From Octopus sinensis (lineage: Eukaryota): a DNA stretch of 64,000 nt. Of this stretch, positions 49,156-63,705 are shown in pieces (position 1 is the first letter of the stretch; every line of letters starts with the position of its first letter). The notes beneath the pieces are model-generated. The model was not told the origin of the DNA. It did not search any database and saw only the letters and a program-made list of their open reading frames with translations. Position numbers and translations under genes: made by a program. The DNA is taken from positions 87,048,001-87,112,000 of the forward strand of contig NC_043003.1 in assembly GCF_006345805.1 (NCBI RefSeq), in the 5' to 3' direction.

Positions 49156-51157
49156 ACAACACGTATATTCTCTCTGTCCGAATCAGATTCTAGCAGCAGT
49201 CGGCCGAAGGGTTTAACCAAATTGTTGCAGACAACATCATTTTCCTCTTTCCGGACGCCATCTTTGACCAGTGTCGTTTTGCATTTGAACACTTTCTTAT
49301 TTTACAGCGATAAGGTTCAGCTGAGACACATCTATACCAAAGGGATGCCAGATACACCAATTATCTGTTACCACATAAGAGAATAAAGAATATATATATT
49401 ATTTACGTTTGCGTCTTGTTGTTTCTGACTGGTAGAGAATCTGGATTATTAAAGCAACGGAAAGTGATTGCTTCTCGCACCCCCAAAAGGTCCAGAGAAG
49501 ATATTCACACACAAGCGTTTTATTTGTGGAAAAGAAACTAAATACTAGTCTAAGTAATGATTTTACAATTTACATATTATGTGGACATTCGCTCTGTCTA
49601 CGTGGTTATATGTTTGTCTGGGTCATTTATGTAAACTGACGTAATATATCTTTGGCTTTTATTTCGTCTGCCCTTACGTTCTGAGTTCAAACTCTGCCGA
49701 GGTCGATTTTGCTTTTCATCCTTTCGGCGTGTGTGTTGTGTGTTGGTGTGTGTGGGTTGGTGTGAGTGCATATGTGTGATGTGTGTTCCCCCACCACTTG
49801 ACAACTAGTGTTGGTTTGTTTACACCCCAAGAACTTAACGGTTTGGCATATGCGACCGATAAAATACATACCAGGCGATAAAAAAAAAAGTACTGAGATT
49901 GACTCTTCCGACTAAAAACTTACAAGTCGGAGCCTAGCGTGTCCGTAGTCCCATAACTGAAAGCAGTAAAAAGTAAAAGGTAAAAAGTTAGGTAGAGATT
50001 GATGGTAAATTTTAGCGCTGAATTATTCTCTAGCTTCTTTAATTTCTCAGCGTCTTCTAGAGTGTCCGTTACAACAAGTGTATCGTTTTACATATCTAGG
50101 GTATGTCATATATGGGATCCGGATAAAAGCACCCTAAGACAAAAGCCCCACAGACAAAAGCCCCTAGGATAAAAGCTCCATAGTTAAAGTGTGAAAGTGG
50201 ACAAAAGCCCCTCGGTTATATTTTTCGCAGTGAGACGGAACTCAAAAGCATGTGGTTAGGAAGAAAATTTCATTCCACATTCACGAAAGCCCCGCGATTA
50301 TATTTTTCGGTTATTTTTTCGCTTTTTTTTCTTTTGACTTGTTGCAGTCATTAGACTGTGGCCATTCTGGGGCAACACCTTGAGGAATTTTTAGTCGAAT
50401 GTATCGACCCCAGAATTTTTTTAATGATTTTCAACCAGCGCATGAAGTTGTCCTATTCTCTTCAAAAATCTCTTCAAAAATTTTTATAACCTCCTCAATT
50501 ATTTATTTATTTATTTATTATTATTTTTTTATTATTATTATTCGATTTTTTTTTATTTCTTAAAATCTTTTTACTTGTTTCAGTCATTGGACTGCAGCCA
50601 TGCTGGGGCACCGTCTTGAGGAATTTTTAGTCGAATGTACCGACCCCAGAATTTTTTTTTGTTTTGGTAGGTGAATTTCAACCAGTACATGAAGTTAAGT
50701 CTAGAAGGTCTCTTTAATGCTAGAAACAACAGCCAAATCTTAAAATTTCATTTTTTCTTTTATAAATTCGCGTTTGTGAAAAGAAAAAAAATTCATTTTC
50801 CAAAATTCCAATTTTTAAGTAAACAAAATATATTCAATCGAAAATAAGTAGAATAGAATAACAGAACAAAAGACTCCTTCCTACTCAATGTACATATTGT
50901 CTGAATTCTAACAGAAGGGACACCATTTACTTCAAGAAATGCGTAGAAACATAAAAACGATAAGGTGTACGTTTGAATGACTAGCCTTCGGCACCATAAT
51001 TCTGTTAAACCTTCAACGGCCGGACAAAGTTCAAATGGTCAGCTCATTCTCATTAATCTGTAAGTGCTGAAAGAAGAAAACAAAAGACTTTAAATTTAAA
51101 TTTTAAAGTGCTGATTTTTTTGCGACTAGAATTTCTTCAAGGCCGTGCCCCAGCAAG

Positions 51158-51661
51158 GATCTTTACTTTTTGACCGACAGATTTAAAAAATAATTTTTTG
51201 TAACTAAACACTTTCAAACTTCGGACATTGGTAGAATGTGTCATATAAAACATCTTTTACTCTTAGCATTTTTAAGAAAAACTTATATTTACGAAGTTAT
51301 TTCACGTTAAAGTTGTCCTAATTCGGTAATTTCAACCAATCAATGACGTGTATTCAGCTGAATAAAATTACTGCTGTTGTTTGTCAACAAGAACTTTCGG
51401 CGGTGTATATTTCGTTTGTCACTGTTATTTATGACAACACTAACCCTAACCTTAACCATAAAACCTTAAAGCTAAAACCAGTACAAACGATGTTATAAAT
51501 AACAGTAACAAACGAAAAATACACCGCCAATAGTTGTTGTTGACAAACAACGGCAGTAATTTTGTTCAGCTGAATACACGCCATTGATTGGTTGAAATTA
51601 CCGAAATAGGACAACTTTAACGTGAAATAACTTCGTAAAAATAAGTTTTTCTAAAAAATGC
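51158..51661. mobile_element. Foldback MITE related to 25018-25435; ~170-bp arms around a TAACCC-like spacer
   Basis: 51266-51437 is inverted relative to 51491-51661; shares GGATCTTT start and AATTTCAACCAATCAATGACGTGTATT with the 25 kb element. Confidence 0.75.
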
Positions 51662-52192
51662 CGAACCGATGATTGAATCTCACATAAGGAGCTCAAAACT
51701 TTCTTGAGACATTGTTCCAATATATCTGTTCTCGTATGATTTCGACGGATAATCTCGGGTGTTTGGTGTGCATGGTATAACTCTTATAAATACTGGTCCC
51801 AGATTTCTGGCATAAGGACAGCATATTCGGAGGAGGGGGTAAGTCGATTACGTCGTTCCCCACTGATTTACTGGTACTTATTTTATCGACCCCGAAAGGG
51901 GTGAAGGGCAAAGTCGACCTCGGTGGAATTTGAACCCAGAGCTGCTGCTAAGCATTTTACCTGGCACGTTAACTATTCTGGTTGATATAAAAGATTTCTC
52001 TAATTAGTGCGATATGTTTATATACATAACTGACAAAAAAATCTATGCATGTGATAGACATGTCTAAATGTGAATGTCAATGCGGAAACTTAGAAACACC
52101 TTGAATCACATGTGTATATAGAGGATGTTCAGCGTTTACTAGGCTTCGATTAACCTTGTTTGGGTGCGCCTGTTTCATTGATTGACAATATA

Positions 52193-53074
52193 CGTGATCT
52201 GACCAATAGGTATCTGGACTGTTGCCATAGCAACGAAGCTGAAGTACGCAGAGTGGAGCCGCTTGGCACAGATTGACCTTGAGCTCTGCTGTGCATATGA
52301 ACGTTCTAGCTCACTTCCGCTGTTTACAGTAGTGCTTGGAAGGAAGGTGTGTAGCGTGTGATCGTCGCATTGACAACGACAGAGAGAGTTGATTAGAGAA
52401 TCTGCATCAAATTTTGCCAAAAGTTTGGTGATACCTGCTCGGAGGCTTAAGCAAAGTTTTCAGAAAATTTTCATCGTTCTCGAAAACAATCAAGATCTTG
52501 TGCAACTGAAAACCGTGTGTCTTTTTAGTCTACCGAAAGCAGTTTTGGCACAAACTTGGCAGACACGCGTCTCGTTCCCAAATCTGCAGTGATAATGAAC
52601 TGAACCGAACCGTAACTAATCTGCGCATGCTCAAATAACTCACGGATAGTGATTCAACGATTTCCCTTCACATCTACACGCACATCTGCAATGTTTTTCT
52701 CAGTTTTGCTGGTTGCGGTTCTCCCAGAACGTTCGTCAATATCGACGTTTTTTCGGCCGTATTGGAAACGTCTAAACCACTTGTGCACTTGTGTGCAGCT
52801 CATTCACTCCTCTCCATACACATTTTGCAACTTTGTGTAGGCCTTTGAGCAGCTATTGCCATAACAACTTTCTCTGTCATGGTCAATGCGACGATCACGC
52901 ATTACACACCTTTCTTCCAAGCACTGCTGCAAACAGCGAAAGTGAGCTAGAACGTTAAATCATAGTGCACGTACACAGCAGAGTTCAAGGTCAGTATGTG
53001 CTGAACGGCTTCACACTGCGTGCTTTAGCTTCGTTACTATGGCAACAGTCCGGATACTTATTGATCAAACCTCG
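52193..53074 (-). mobile_element. Second internally deleted mariner of the 32081 family
   Basis: TA-flanked TIRs ...CCGGATACTTATTGATCAAACCTCG|TA; HTH remnant on the minus strand. Confidence 0.85.
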
Positions 53075-53799
53075 TACTTAGAATGAGGAAAACTTAGAAA
53101 GAAATCTTTTCTGGTGTCAAACAGTTTGCTTAGTTATTTTCTTTTAAAATTCTTATATATTTGTTGTTGTTGTTTTTTTTGCTAGTGTACACAACTCTTC
53201 CCAGTCTGTTAGCATACAACCTGCTTCTCTCTAGAATTTTTCACTTGATGTAATTATCCTTCAAGCTTCCAAATGTAGCTGGCGAGTGTAGGCGTAGTTC
53301 GCTTATCAAGAGGACGTGATAGTAAAATAATATTGCTTGAGCTTTCTCTCAACAAACGTTACATCGTATTCCCACTCAGTAGGTTGGACGTGTACAGCTG
53401 TTTCGCACACGATTCACTCAATGTTACATGCTTGATTTAAGAGTATGTTTCAAATTGTGTAGTTATTTTGACAGGCTTGAAAGTGATAAAATTTTTCATG
53501 TTGGGACGACTGTTATCTGAAAGTAATTTTAAGACGGTTTCTATTGAAGATCTTTCAATAGCAATGGTTTATCTACCAAGATTAAAAATTGCTATATATA
53601 TTTTAATGTTTAAACAGAGGTAGATTAAAATTAGATAATTTTACGAGACCTATTTCCTGGTCTGTAAAGACAGCGGTTTGAGGGCGTGTGATTTAATCCT
53701 TGAAGCCTTAAGTAAAGAACTGTTATAGTAAGGTCCCGGCTAACAAACATATTAATGAATAGATGTTTTATAATTAGATGTGTATAGCAAGTGCGTTTA

Positions 53800-54250
53800 C
53801 TCTGGAAGAGTTCAATATCCTCCTGAACAACCTACACCCGTCTATCCACTTTACAAAGAGGATGAGTGGTACCAAATTACCTTTCCTAGATATAATGGTA
53901 ATTAAAAAGGGCACCACCATTATCACAGATATGTACCACAAACACATGGACACACATCAACACCTGAATTTTAAGTCGTGCCATTCACCACATACAAAAC
54001 GCAACATCCCCTACTGTCTAGCCAGAAGAATTTGTACCAATGTAGAAGATGCGAACATCAGGAACAAACGTCTAACAGAATAAAGAGAATTTTTGCTCAA
54101 ACAAAAATACTAGTCTCTACTTATAGAAAATGGCACACAGCAGGCTATAAAAATATGCATACAACAACTAAGAACAACCAAAAGAAGAGGAAACAGAATA
54201 AGTCATACCATTTATAGTGACACACAACCCATGTCACCAAAGCAAATTTA
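53800..54250 (+). mobile_element. Penelope-like element RT C-terminal/thumb fragment
   Basis: LNNLHPSIHFT...LPFLDIMV...TDMYHKHMDTHQHLNFKSCHSPHTKRNIPYCLARRIC. Confidence 0.9.
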
Positions 54251-54256
54251 CCAATC

Positions 54257-54337
<81 letters not shown>

Positions 54338-54375
54338 TGTGTGTGTGTGTGTGTGTGACATGCTTGATTTAAGAG

Positions 54376-54413
<38 letters not shown>

Positions 54414-54415
<2 letters not shown>

Positions 54416-54699
54416 GAGGCGCAATGGCCCAGTGGTTAGGGCAGCGGACTCGCGGTCGTAGGATTGCGGTTTCGATTCCCAGACCGGGCGTTGTGAGTGT
54501 TTATTGAACGAAAACACCTAAAAGCTCCACGAGGCTCCGGCAGGGGGTGGTGATCCCTGCTGTACTCTTTCACCACTCTTTCTTCTGTTGGCCTGCTCGC
54601 TTAGCCAGCGGGGTGGCGTCATTCGAAGGCTAAAACAATGCGAACGCATTGTGACAAGCGATGTGTAACTTCATCTGATGGACTGGTCGGTCACGTGAT

Positions 54700-54705
<6 letters not shown>
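54414..54705 (+). mobile_element. SINE family A variant
   Basis: tRNA-like head nearly identical to the 1-278 copy, with a different 3' tail. Confidence 0.85.
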
Positions 54706-54741
<36 letters not shown>

Positions 54742-54824
54742 ATATGTATATGTATGTATATGCATATATATATGTATGTATATATATATGTGTGTGTGTG
54801 TATGTATATATATGTATATACCTT

Positions 54825-55160
54825 CTTTTATTCTTTTATTCGTTTCAGTCATTTGACTGTGGCACCGCCTTTAGTCGGACACATCGATCCAGGGATCATT
54901 TTTTGTAAGCCTAGTACGTATTCTATCGGTCTCTTTGGCTGAACCGCTAAGTTACGGGGACGTAAACACACCATCACACACACACACATTTATATACGAT
55001 GAGTTTCTTTCAGTTTCCGTCTACCAAATCCACTCACAAGGCTTTGGTCGGCCCGAGGTTATATTAGAAAACACTCGCGCAAGGTGCCACGGTGTGGTAC
55101 TGAACCCTGAATTATGTGGTTGGTAAGCAAGCAACTTACCGCACAGCTACTCCTACGCCT
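54825..55160 (-). mobile_element. SINE family C
   Basis: Reverse-complement match to family C. Confidence 0.75.
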
Positions 55161-55187
55161 GTACATATATGTGTGTATATATGTATG

Positions 55188-55222
<35 letters not shown>

Positions 55223-55496
55223 GTGTGTGTGTGTGTGTGTGCGTGTGTGTGTGTATGTATATATATATATATATGTATGTATACGTATATATATATTTCT
55301 ATGTTGCGGCTTTATTCACGAATAATATGAAAGAAGTCGATGAATACATATGAATATACATTAGAGAGAAATATCTTTTGTACATGGAGAAAGCACTTGC
55401 GAATTTAAATGTAAAAATTTTAAATTCAGACCGTGAAATGTGTACTTGATCCCACATCCCACATCAGAGACCTCTGGTTTTAAAGTGTGTGTGTGT

Positions 55497-55550
<54 letters not shown>

Positions 55551-55620
55551 TGTGTGTCTGTGTGTGTCTGTGTGTGTGTGTCTGTGTGTGTGTCTGTGTG
55601 TCTGTGTGTGTGTGTGTGTG

Positions 55621-55730
<110 letters not shown>

Positions 55731-56497
55731 CCTGCGTGCATGCATTCAATTGTTAAACTGAAATTCACTGCAGTACCATGGGTGGATATTAACTGGGAAT
55801 GGCTATATACAAAGAAAGACATTCATATTCTTGTTCATTATTAAAGTAACTGTTCATTGCACATCAAAAGAAATCGCAAGTTGACTGTATATATATATAT
55901 ATATATATATATTGTTTAGAAATAAAAGGAAAGAGCATGACTTGTTAAATTTTTCTTATAAACCTTTCATCAAGTGGTTTGATTATATCTGGTACATATA
56001 AAGAATTTTTTTTTTATGCAAGGCCATCGAATTCACTATGAGATACAGTATGACATAACTTTTGAAATACCCGTCCATATGATCTTACTCATCGATATGG
56101 ATTCGGCTTGGTTCAAGAAAATAGGACCGGCAAGTTTGTTTGAAGCTGTATGTGATCATATACCAGTAGATACATGTACGGTCCAGTAGAGTCGGAATAC
56201 AACATCGCAATATATAATAGATTAACACTACAACGATGGGCACACTTCAAATACTCTTAGAAAAAGCGTCATATGCATTTTAATAATCCAAGATTAAAAG
56301 AAACCGAAACTGCAAATCATTGGTGACTCTTTAGATGATTAAATGTAAATCATTTTACAAATACAGTGGAACCTCGGTTTGCGAATAATTTTTCGAACAT
56401 GAAATGTATCGGGTGACGAACGGTGTCTTGAGTAACGAACACACCATCCGGCAACAACGGTTGGCGACAAGCTGAGAGTATTTGCGGGAGAGCGTCA

Positions 56498-56668
56498 GGA
56501 GTTCATATTTTGTTGTTACAAGTAGATAGTGGGGAGAAATAAATTCCTTTCAAAGAGGTCTTGTGGTGTGAATGAAAAACTTCATTTACACCACAAAACC
56601 CCTTTGAATGAACAGCACATGGAATTTGTCTCCACACTATCCACTTGTAATAACAAAATATGAACTCC
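56498..56668. mobile_element. Small palindromic MITE
   Basis: GGAGTTCATATTTTGTTGTTACAAGTAGATAGTG ... CACTATCCACTTGTAATAACAAAATATGAACTCC. Confidence 0.7.
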
Positions 56669-56683
56669 TATCGGAATCTACAT

Positions 56684-57545
56684 ACAACTGATATCTATTA
56701 CAAAAGCATAGATACAAACCAGTACCTAAATTTCAAGTCACGCCACCCAACATACACAAAACGCAACATCCCATACTGTCTACCCAGGAAAATTTGTACT
56801 AGAGTAGATGATCTAAATACCAGAAACACACGACTTATAGAACTCAAAGGATTTCTTCTCAAGCAAAATTACCCTCTCCTACTTACAGAAAATAGTATAC
56901 AACGAGCAAAAGCGATACCTGTAGAACAACTTAGGGCAACACGGAAAAGACGAACCCATCAACAGAATACAATCCCATTTCTAGTAACACACAATCCACA
57001 TCACCGAAACATTATTAACATCATCAAAACAAATTTGATACTCATAAAACAAAGTAAAAAGTTTTAAAAAAGGCAACAAATAACCTAAAGAAACTATGAG
57101 CAAAGGCAAAATTCAACATGAACAAACAGGATAAGATAATCACAGTGTCCTAGTGTAATGATAACAGATGTGGAACGTGTCAATACATACATACGGACAG
57201 ATCCATTAGAACGAAAAATGGACAGATTTTCGCAAATGCAGATATGAACTGCAAAAGCAGGAATTTGATCTACTGCATTAAATGTCCGAATTGCGAGGAA
57301 CTATATATAGGCGAGACAGGGAATGCATTATCGGAACGCTCACGAGTGTACAGTCAACAAATCCGGAACACTAAAGTTCGCCAGATTCCATTGAGCGAAC
57401 ATATAGAAACTTGTGATCAACAATGTTTCTAATTTTTCCTTTCCCTAAACTACATGGCACAAGTGATGTTGGAAGAAAGATAAATGAAAAACGGTTTATT
57501 AAAATGTTCAAACCTTGTCTGAACGGAAATAACAACAATAATATA
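56684..57545 (+). mobile_element. Penelope-like element 3' fragment: RT thumb, Cys linker and GIY-YIG endonuclease (decayed)
   Basis: TDIYYKSIDTNQYLNFKSRHP..TKRNIPY; CNDNRCGTC; CKSRNLIYCIKCPNCEELYIGETGNALSER. Confidence 0.9.
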
Positions 57546-57929
57546 ACAACCAGTTAATTATGTGGATTAAAAAATATCTTTAACATATGAGTATGAACAA
57601 ATTACAGAATATCGGTACGCCTGGCAAACCGTGATGTTTAAGCTGCATGCGGATTGGTCAAAACTGTATTCCATAAATTCGGCTTGTTGGAGCGTTCTAA
57701 GAGGTACTACAGTTGTCGAGAACTCAGCTATTAGTTAAATACATTTCAATTCTAATGATTACTACCAAACGTATGAAAGCGCTAATTGAACTTTATGAAC
57801 ATTACAAAATAATATAAAAAAACCTGTGTATGTGTGTGTGCGTGCGCGTGTGCGTGCGTGCGCGTGTGCGTGCGTGCGCGTGTGCGTGCGTGCGCGTGTG
57901 CGTGCGTGCGCGTGTGCGTGCGTGCGTGA

Positions 57930-57975
<46 letters not shown>

Positions 57976-58383
57976 TGTGTGTGTGTGTGTGTACTGGCAC
58001 TGCACAAGTAAATAGATACCCTAATTTTCGAAAGGTTTATTCTGACTCGTTTGGAGTTGCCCTGCAACATTAGTTGCGTTACAACGGAAATTAGTTTCAA
58101 CAAGCTGCTTGACAGCTCGAAGACACTTGTCAGAGGGCGTGGGTCGATGTGAGCGCTATGCTATTGATTTCTTTCCTTTGCTGGTGAACAGTACAATCGC
58201 TCTGTTAATTGTCGCAAGAGGAATTCCAACAGTTTATGCAGTCTTACGCTGGCTAAGTCCATCCTCAAACTGACCCACAATGCACTCGCTTTGAAAATCA
58301 GACAACTCTTTTGCTTCTGGTGTTTGCGGAGAGAGAGGGATGGGGAGAGAAGGAGAGAGAGAGAGAAAAAAAGAGAGAGAGAG

Positions 58384-58421
<38 letters not shown>

Positions 58422-58958
58422 TGCGTGCGTGTGTGTGTGTGTGTGTAGGATTTGAAACTAAAACCTCTTTGCCTCAGTCACTTGCAAAACATCAGTACTC
58501 AGAATTGTACCCCCGATTGCAAATAAATAATTTAAAAAATAATAATATAGAAAGATAAACGGATGGCCTCCAAAGAAAAATCAAAATTATTTCCAAAATG
58601 AAACACCAAGATTGTTTAATGTTTTTATCGAACATTTTTCAGAAACAGAACAGGAATTAATATTTGGAATATAAACACGAAAGATCATGGAAGATGGTTT
58701 AGTAACAATTCACAAAATGTGAATCACATAGTAAATGCCTCATTTTTGTTATGAACTCATATGTGTGAGTGCGAGCACCCGAGTGTGTGTATACGTGTGT
58801 ACATAGAAGTGCATGTTTATATGCATATACACTCAACATATATTTGTCTTTAGGAATATTGGCTTTTAATTTAGGTACAATGTCAGCAGTTCTGAGAATA
58901 GAGAGTAATTCGATTAGATTGATCCCAGTGCTAGACAGCTACTTCATTCTTTCAACCT

Positions 58959-60500
58959 CGGAAGTTAGAAAATCCACGGAACTTCCCAGGAGGTTTTCGA
59001 CCAAATTACCCGGGAGTTAGAAAATCATCCGAACTTTCCAGGAAGTTTTCGACCAAATTATCCTGAAGTTAGAAAATCCTGGGAACTTCCAAGGAATTCT
59101 TCGACCAAATTTCCAGGAAGTAAGAAAATCCTCGGAACTTTCCAGGAAGTTTTATACCTAATTTCCCGGAAGTTAGGGTTATCCGGAAGTTAGAAAATCC
59201 TGGGAACTTCCCTTGCAGGTTTCGACCAAATTTGCCGGAAGTAAAAAAAGTCATCGTAACTTCCCAAGCAGTTTTCGACCAAATTTTCAGGAAGGTAGAA
59301 AATCCTCGGAACTACCCAGGAGGTTTTCGCCCAAATTTCCCGAAATTCAGAAAATCCTCAGAACTTTCAAGGAAGTTTCGACCAAATTTCCCGGATGTTG
59401 GAAATTCCTCGGAAATACCAGCAAGTTTTCGACCAAATTTCCCGGAAGTTAGAACATCCTCGGTACTTTCCAGGAAGTTTTCAACAAAATTCCATGGAAG
59501 TTAGAAAATCCTGGGAACTTCCCAGGAAGTTTTCGACCAAATTTCATGGGAGTTAGAAAATCCACGGAACTTTCCAGCAAGTTTCCGACCAAATTTCCCG
59601 GATGTTAGAACATCCTTGCAACTTTCCAGGACGTTTTCGACCAAATTTCCCGGGAGTTTGAAAATCCGCGGAACTTTCCAGGAAATTTTCAGCCAAATTT
59701 TCCAGAAGTTGGGAAATCCCCATAACATTCCAGAATGTTTTCGATCAAACTTTCAACCAAACTTTCCGGAAACTGGGAAATCCTCGGAACTTTCCAGAAA
59801 AATTTCGACTAAACTTACCGGAAGTTGGGAAATCGTCAGAACTTTCCAGGAAGTTTTCCACAAAGCTTCCCAAGTTGGGAAATCCCCGGAACTTTCCATG
59901 AAGTTTACCACCACATTTCCCGGAAATTAGAAAATCCTCGGAACTTTCCAGGAAGTTTCCGACCAAATTACCCGGAAGTTAGAAAACACTCGGAACTCTC
60001 CAGGAAGTTTTCGACCACATTACGCGAAAGCTTCGACCAACTTGGAAAATCCCCGGAGATTTCCTGGAAGTTTCCGACCAAATTTTCCGGAAGTTTGGAA
60101 AAGCCCTGAACTTTCCAGGAGGTTTTCAACCAAATTTTCCAGAGGTTGGAAATCCCCAGAACACTCATTGAAGTTTTCTACAAAACTTTCGATCAAACTT
60201 CCCGGAAGTTGGGAAATCCCAGGAACTTTCCAGGAAGTTTTCGACTAAATTTTACGGAGGTTGGGAAATCCCCGAAACTTTCCGTGAAGTTTTAGTCTAA
60301 ATTTCCCGGAAATTGGAAAATTCCACGAACTTTCCGACCAAACTTCGCGGAAGTTCGGAAATCCCCGATACTTTCCAGGAAGTTTTCGACCAAACTTGCC
60401 GAAAGTTGGAAAATCGCCGGAAGTTTCCAGGAAGTTTTCAACCAAATTTTCCGGAAGTTAAGTAATCCTTGGAACTTTCCAGGAAGTTTTCGACATGATT
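58959..60500. repeat. 52-bp tandem satellite, roughly 28-30 diverged copies
   Basis: Consensus GGAAGTTAGAAAATCCTCGGAACTTTCCAGGAAGTTTTCGACCAAATTTCCC. Confidence 0.9.
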
Positions 60501-60547
60501 TTCCGGATTTTTAGTGTCATCTAAGTTGTTTTCCTCCAGGTATATTA

Positions 60548-60900
60548 TTACTTTTTGTCTTCGGACAAGTCATTGGATAATTTTAGACGTGTAAGACGTG
60601 GGGGAAACAAGTCTGTAATTTTTAGCTTCAACACTGCTACCTCTTTTGTACCTATATAGGTTTTATTATAGCTTCTTTCAGTAGTCTCGGGAATATCGCG
60701 GTATCTGGCGACTTTTGAAACAGTACCTTTAATGATTTCATGAGGTGGTTTTTGCACGTTTTTTAACAATATAACTGGAATACTATTTGGTACAGATGCT
60801 GAGTTTGGGCCTAAATCATTAATAGCCGCAAGTATATCAACTTCCATATTAATTTTAAGTTGTCTCTCTGCACTTGAGTTGTAGGATCAAAGAATTCGCT
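60548..60900 (-). mobile_element. Old CR1/L2-like LINE ORF2 fragment
   Basis: DILAAINDLGPNSASVPNSIPVILLKN resembles the pre-RT GPDGIP region. Confidence 0.55.
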
Positions 60901-61700
60901 TGAATTATGCCCGGGGCTGCGATACGGACAGAGAATGCGGCTTTCCGCCCGTTGAAACGAAAGTGTCGGGGATAGAGTTTGCGATCACACCCACAAAGAC
61001 CTTTATCCGGCGCAGGGGTGAAAATCTCCGCAAATGGTAGGTTTACATGTCCGTTGAAGATGTTGAAAGTCGGATGAGATCTCCCTGCATCCTCCGTCGT
61101 TTGAGTGAAGGCAATGCCAGCTGTCGGAGATGTTCCTCTTATGCAAGCTTAGACAGGCCCGCACCCATTCGGATGGCCAAGGGCTGAACCCATTCCAGGT
61201 GCTGAATGTCTTTCTGGAGACATGGGTTTGAGGTATGGATGTAATATTCGAGGATGGGTCGAACTAGAATGATATATACAGGCCAAAAGACGTCCATTGA
61301 AAGGTTAGCAAAGGATCGGTGGATGAGGAAAAGATTCCTTCTGGCTTTGTTCGTCGCCTCGATACCCTGCCGTGGTAGTTTGAAAGTAGTATCGATCATT
61401 ATGCTGAGATCCTTTTCTTCAGTGACCATCTTAAGATGTTGATGTTTGTGGCCAATAATCAAGGGAGAGTTTGGAGGTGAACCTATTGGCAAATGGCTGC
61501 ATTTTGAGGCGTTCAAGTTCAGATTCCATTCTTCCGCCCAATTCCAAGCTCGGTTCAGCGACAATTGGAGTATGTCGTATTGATTCCTAGGCGAGACAAG
61601 TTTGACGTCGTCTGCAAATAGGAGAACTCTTCCATCAAGAAAATCTGGCAGGTCGTTGATATAGAGAAGGAAAAGTATTGGCCCCAGTACCGACTCCTGT
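60900..61700 (-). mobile_element. CR1-clade LINE RT 3' fragment
   Basis: [18 protein letters not shown]...LLFADDVKL; LVRPILEY...LEWVQ. Confidence 0.85.
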
Positions 61701-61774
61701 ATACATGTATGTATGTATGTATGTATGTATGTATGTATGTATGTATGTATGTATGTATGTATGTATGTATCTGT

Positions 61775-62195
61775 TATCTTTTAGTCGTTTTACTCATTAC
61801 ACTGCGGCCATTTTGGGGCACAACCTTGACGATTTTACTCGAACAAATTGACTCCAGTACCTATTGTTTTCTTTTTGTTTTTGTTTTTTGTTCTTTGTTT
61901 TTTTGAAAGTTTGGTACTTATTCTTTCGGTCTCAGTTTGCCGAACCTTAACATTACGGGGACATAAACGAACTAACAACGCTGGGGGAACAAACACAATA
62001 ACGAAGACACTCACACGTAGATATATGCGCGCGCACACACACGACAGGCTTCTTTCAGTTTATCATCTTCACTCATAAGATTAAGTCTGCCCGAAGCTAT
62101 AGTAAAAGTCACTTGCCCTAGCTGCCCTGCAGTGGGACTGAACCGGGAAGCATGAGGTTGGAAAACAAACTTCTTACGACACAACCACGCTTGTA
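61775..62195 (-). mobile_element. SINE family C, old copy
   Basis: Diverged reverse-complement match to family C. Confidence 0.7.
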
Positions 62196-62587
62196 TGTAC
62201 GATAGACGTTGTGCTGTCAAGAATGGAACTTACAACGTAAAACTCTCTTTAAATTCACATTGGTTGAGTGTTTTCAATTGCCGAATTTTATCCGAATGCT
62301 TCATGTTACAAACTACTATTCAGACTGATTTAAACCAAAATGTATGTCAAAGCACCAGGATATGGTGTGTCTGTGTATCTACTTATGTGCGTACGTTTAC
62401 AATTACTCGTCAAGGTAAAAAATTTTCTGTTCATAACAACAAATGACTTTAAGCTCCACTTTCATACATAACCGGATACTGTGATTGACAACATAACCAC
62501 ATAGGAAAATACGCAAACCTTCGTGCTTAAAATAATAAATTTTGTTGCACATTAATGTAAAAGTTACGCGGAATGTAAATATTTTAT

Positions 62588-63005
62588 TGGCTGTGTGGTA
62601 AGTAGCTTGCTTACCAGCCACATGGTTCCGGGTTCAGTCCCACTGAGTGGCACCTTGGGCAAGTGTCTTCTACTATAGCCTCGGGCCGACCAAAGCCTTG
62701 TGAGTGGATTTGGTAGACAGAAACTGAAAGAAGTCCGTTGCATGCATGCATGCAGGTATGTATGTATGTATGTATGTATGTATGTATGTATGTATGTATG
62801 CCTGTCTGTGTTTGTACCTCCACCATCGCTGGACAACCGATGCTGGTGTGTTTATGTCCCTGTAACTTAGCGGTTCAGCAAAAGCGACCGATAGAATAAG
62901 TACTGGGCTTACAAAGAATAAGTCCTATGGTGGATTTGTCCGACTAAAGGTGGTGCTCCAGCATGGCCGCAGTCAAATGCCTGAAACAAATAAAAGAATA
63001 AAAGA
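62588..63005 (+). mobile_element. SINE family C
   Basis: TGGCTGTGTGGTAAGTAGC head through to the GAAACAAATAAAAGAAT tail. Confidence 0.9.
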
Positions 63006-63267
63006 ATATAAAAATAAATGATTGCCTTTTAAGGCGGTAAAAAAATTCAATAGTTAAACTTAACTACATTACAAAATTCCTAGCGTGACATTTGGTCTAA
63101 CTTTTGTAAATATCCATTTACGCACATGTATAAAATACAGAGGTTTCTTTGTTAACTTTTATTATTTCTTAGCTTTTGATCTTTCGTTTACTATATCAAC
63201 AAAAACTTAAGTATTTAGAAGTCCTGCCTATTTTTCTTTTCTTATATGTAATGTTGCTTTTTCTGAC

Positions 63268-63335
<68 letters not shown>

Positions 63336-63382
63336 TGTGTGCACGCGCGCGCGCGTGTTTCGTTATTATTATTTACTGAGTT

Positions 63383-63580
63383 TTAGCACGCTGGGCGAAA
63401 TACTTTGCGGTATTTCGCCCGTCTTCACTTTCTGAGTTCAAATTCCCCCGAGGTCGGCTCTGCCTTTCATTTTATCGGGGTCGATAACTTAAGTACCAGT
63501 GAAACACTGGGGTTGATGTAATCAACTAGACCCCTCCCACAAAATTTCAGGCCTTGTACCTTTAGCAGAAAGGATTATTG
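63383..63580 (+). mobile_element. SINE family B, older subfamily
   Basis: TTAGCACGCTGGGCGAAA...GAGTTCAAATTCC...GGGGTCGATAA. Confidence 0.7.
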
Positions 63581-63615
63581 TTGTTTATCGCTCTATTTTT
63601 GTTACCCTGTAGCAT

Positions 63616-63705
<90 letters not shown>

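Noticed and set aside
54414-54490. tRNA genes (also the heads of SINE B and C)
   Set aside because: A and B boxes are present but run into SINE bodies in many dispersed copies; no convincing complete cloverleaf.
57140-57185. Selenocysteine recoding as in Naiad PLEs
   Set aside because: The in-frame stop here is TAG, not TGA, and the element is frameshifted.
58959-60500. CRISPR array or repetitive protein gene
   Set aside because: The 52-bp units are contiguous without spacers, the period is not a multiple of 3, and stops occur in all frames.
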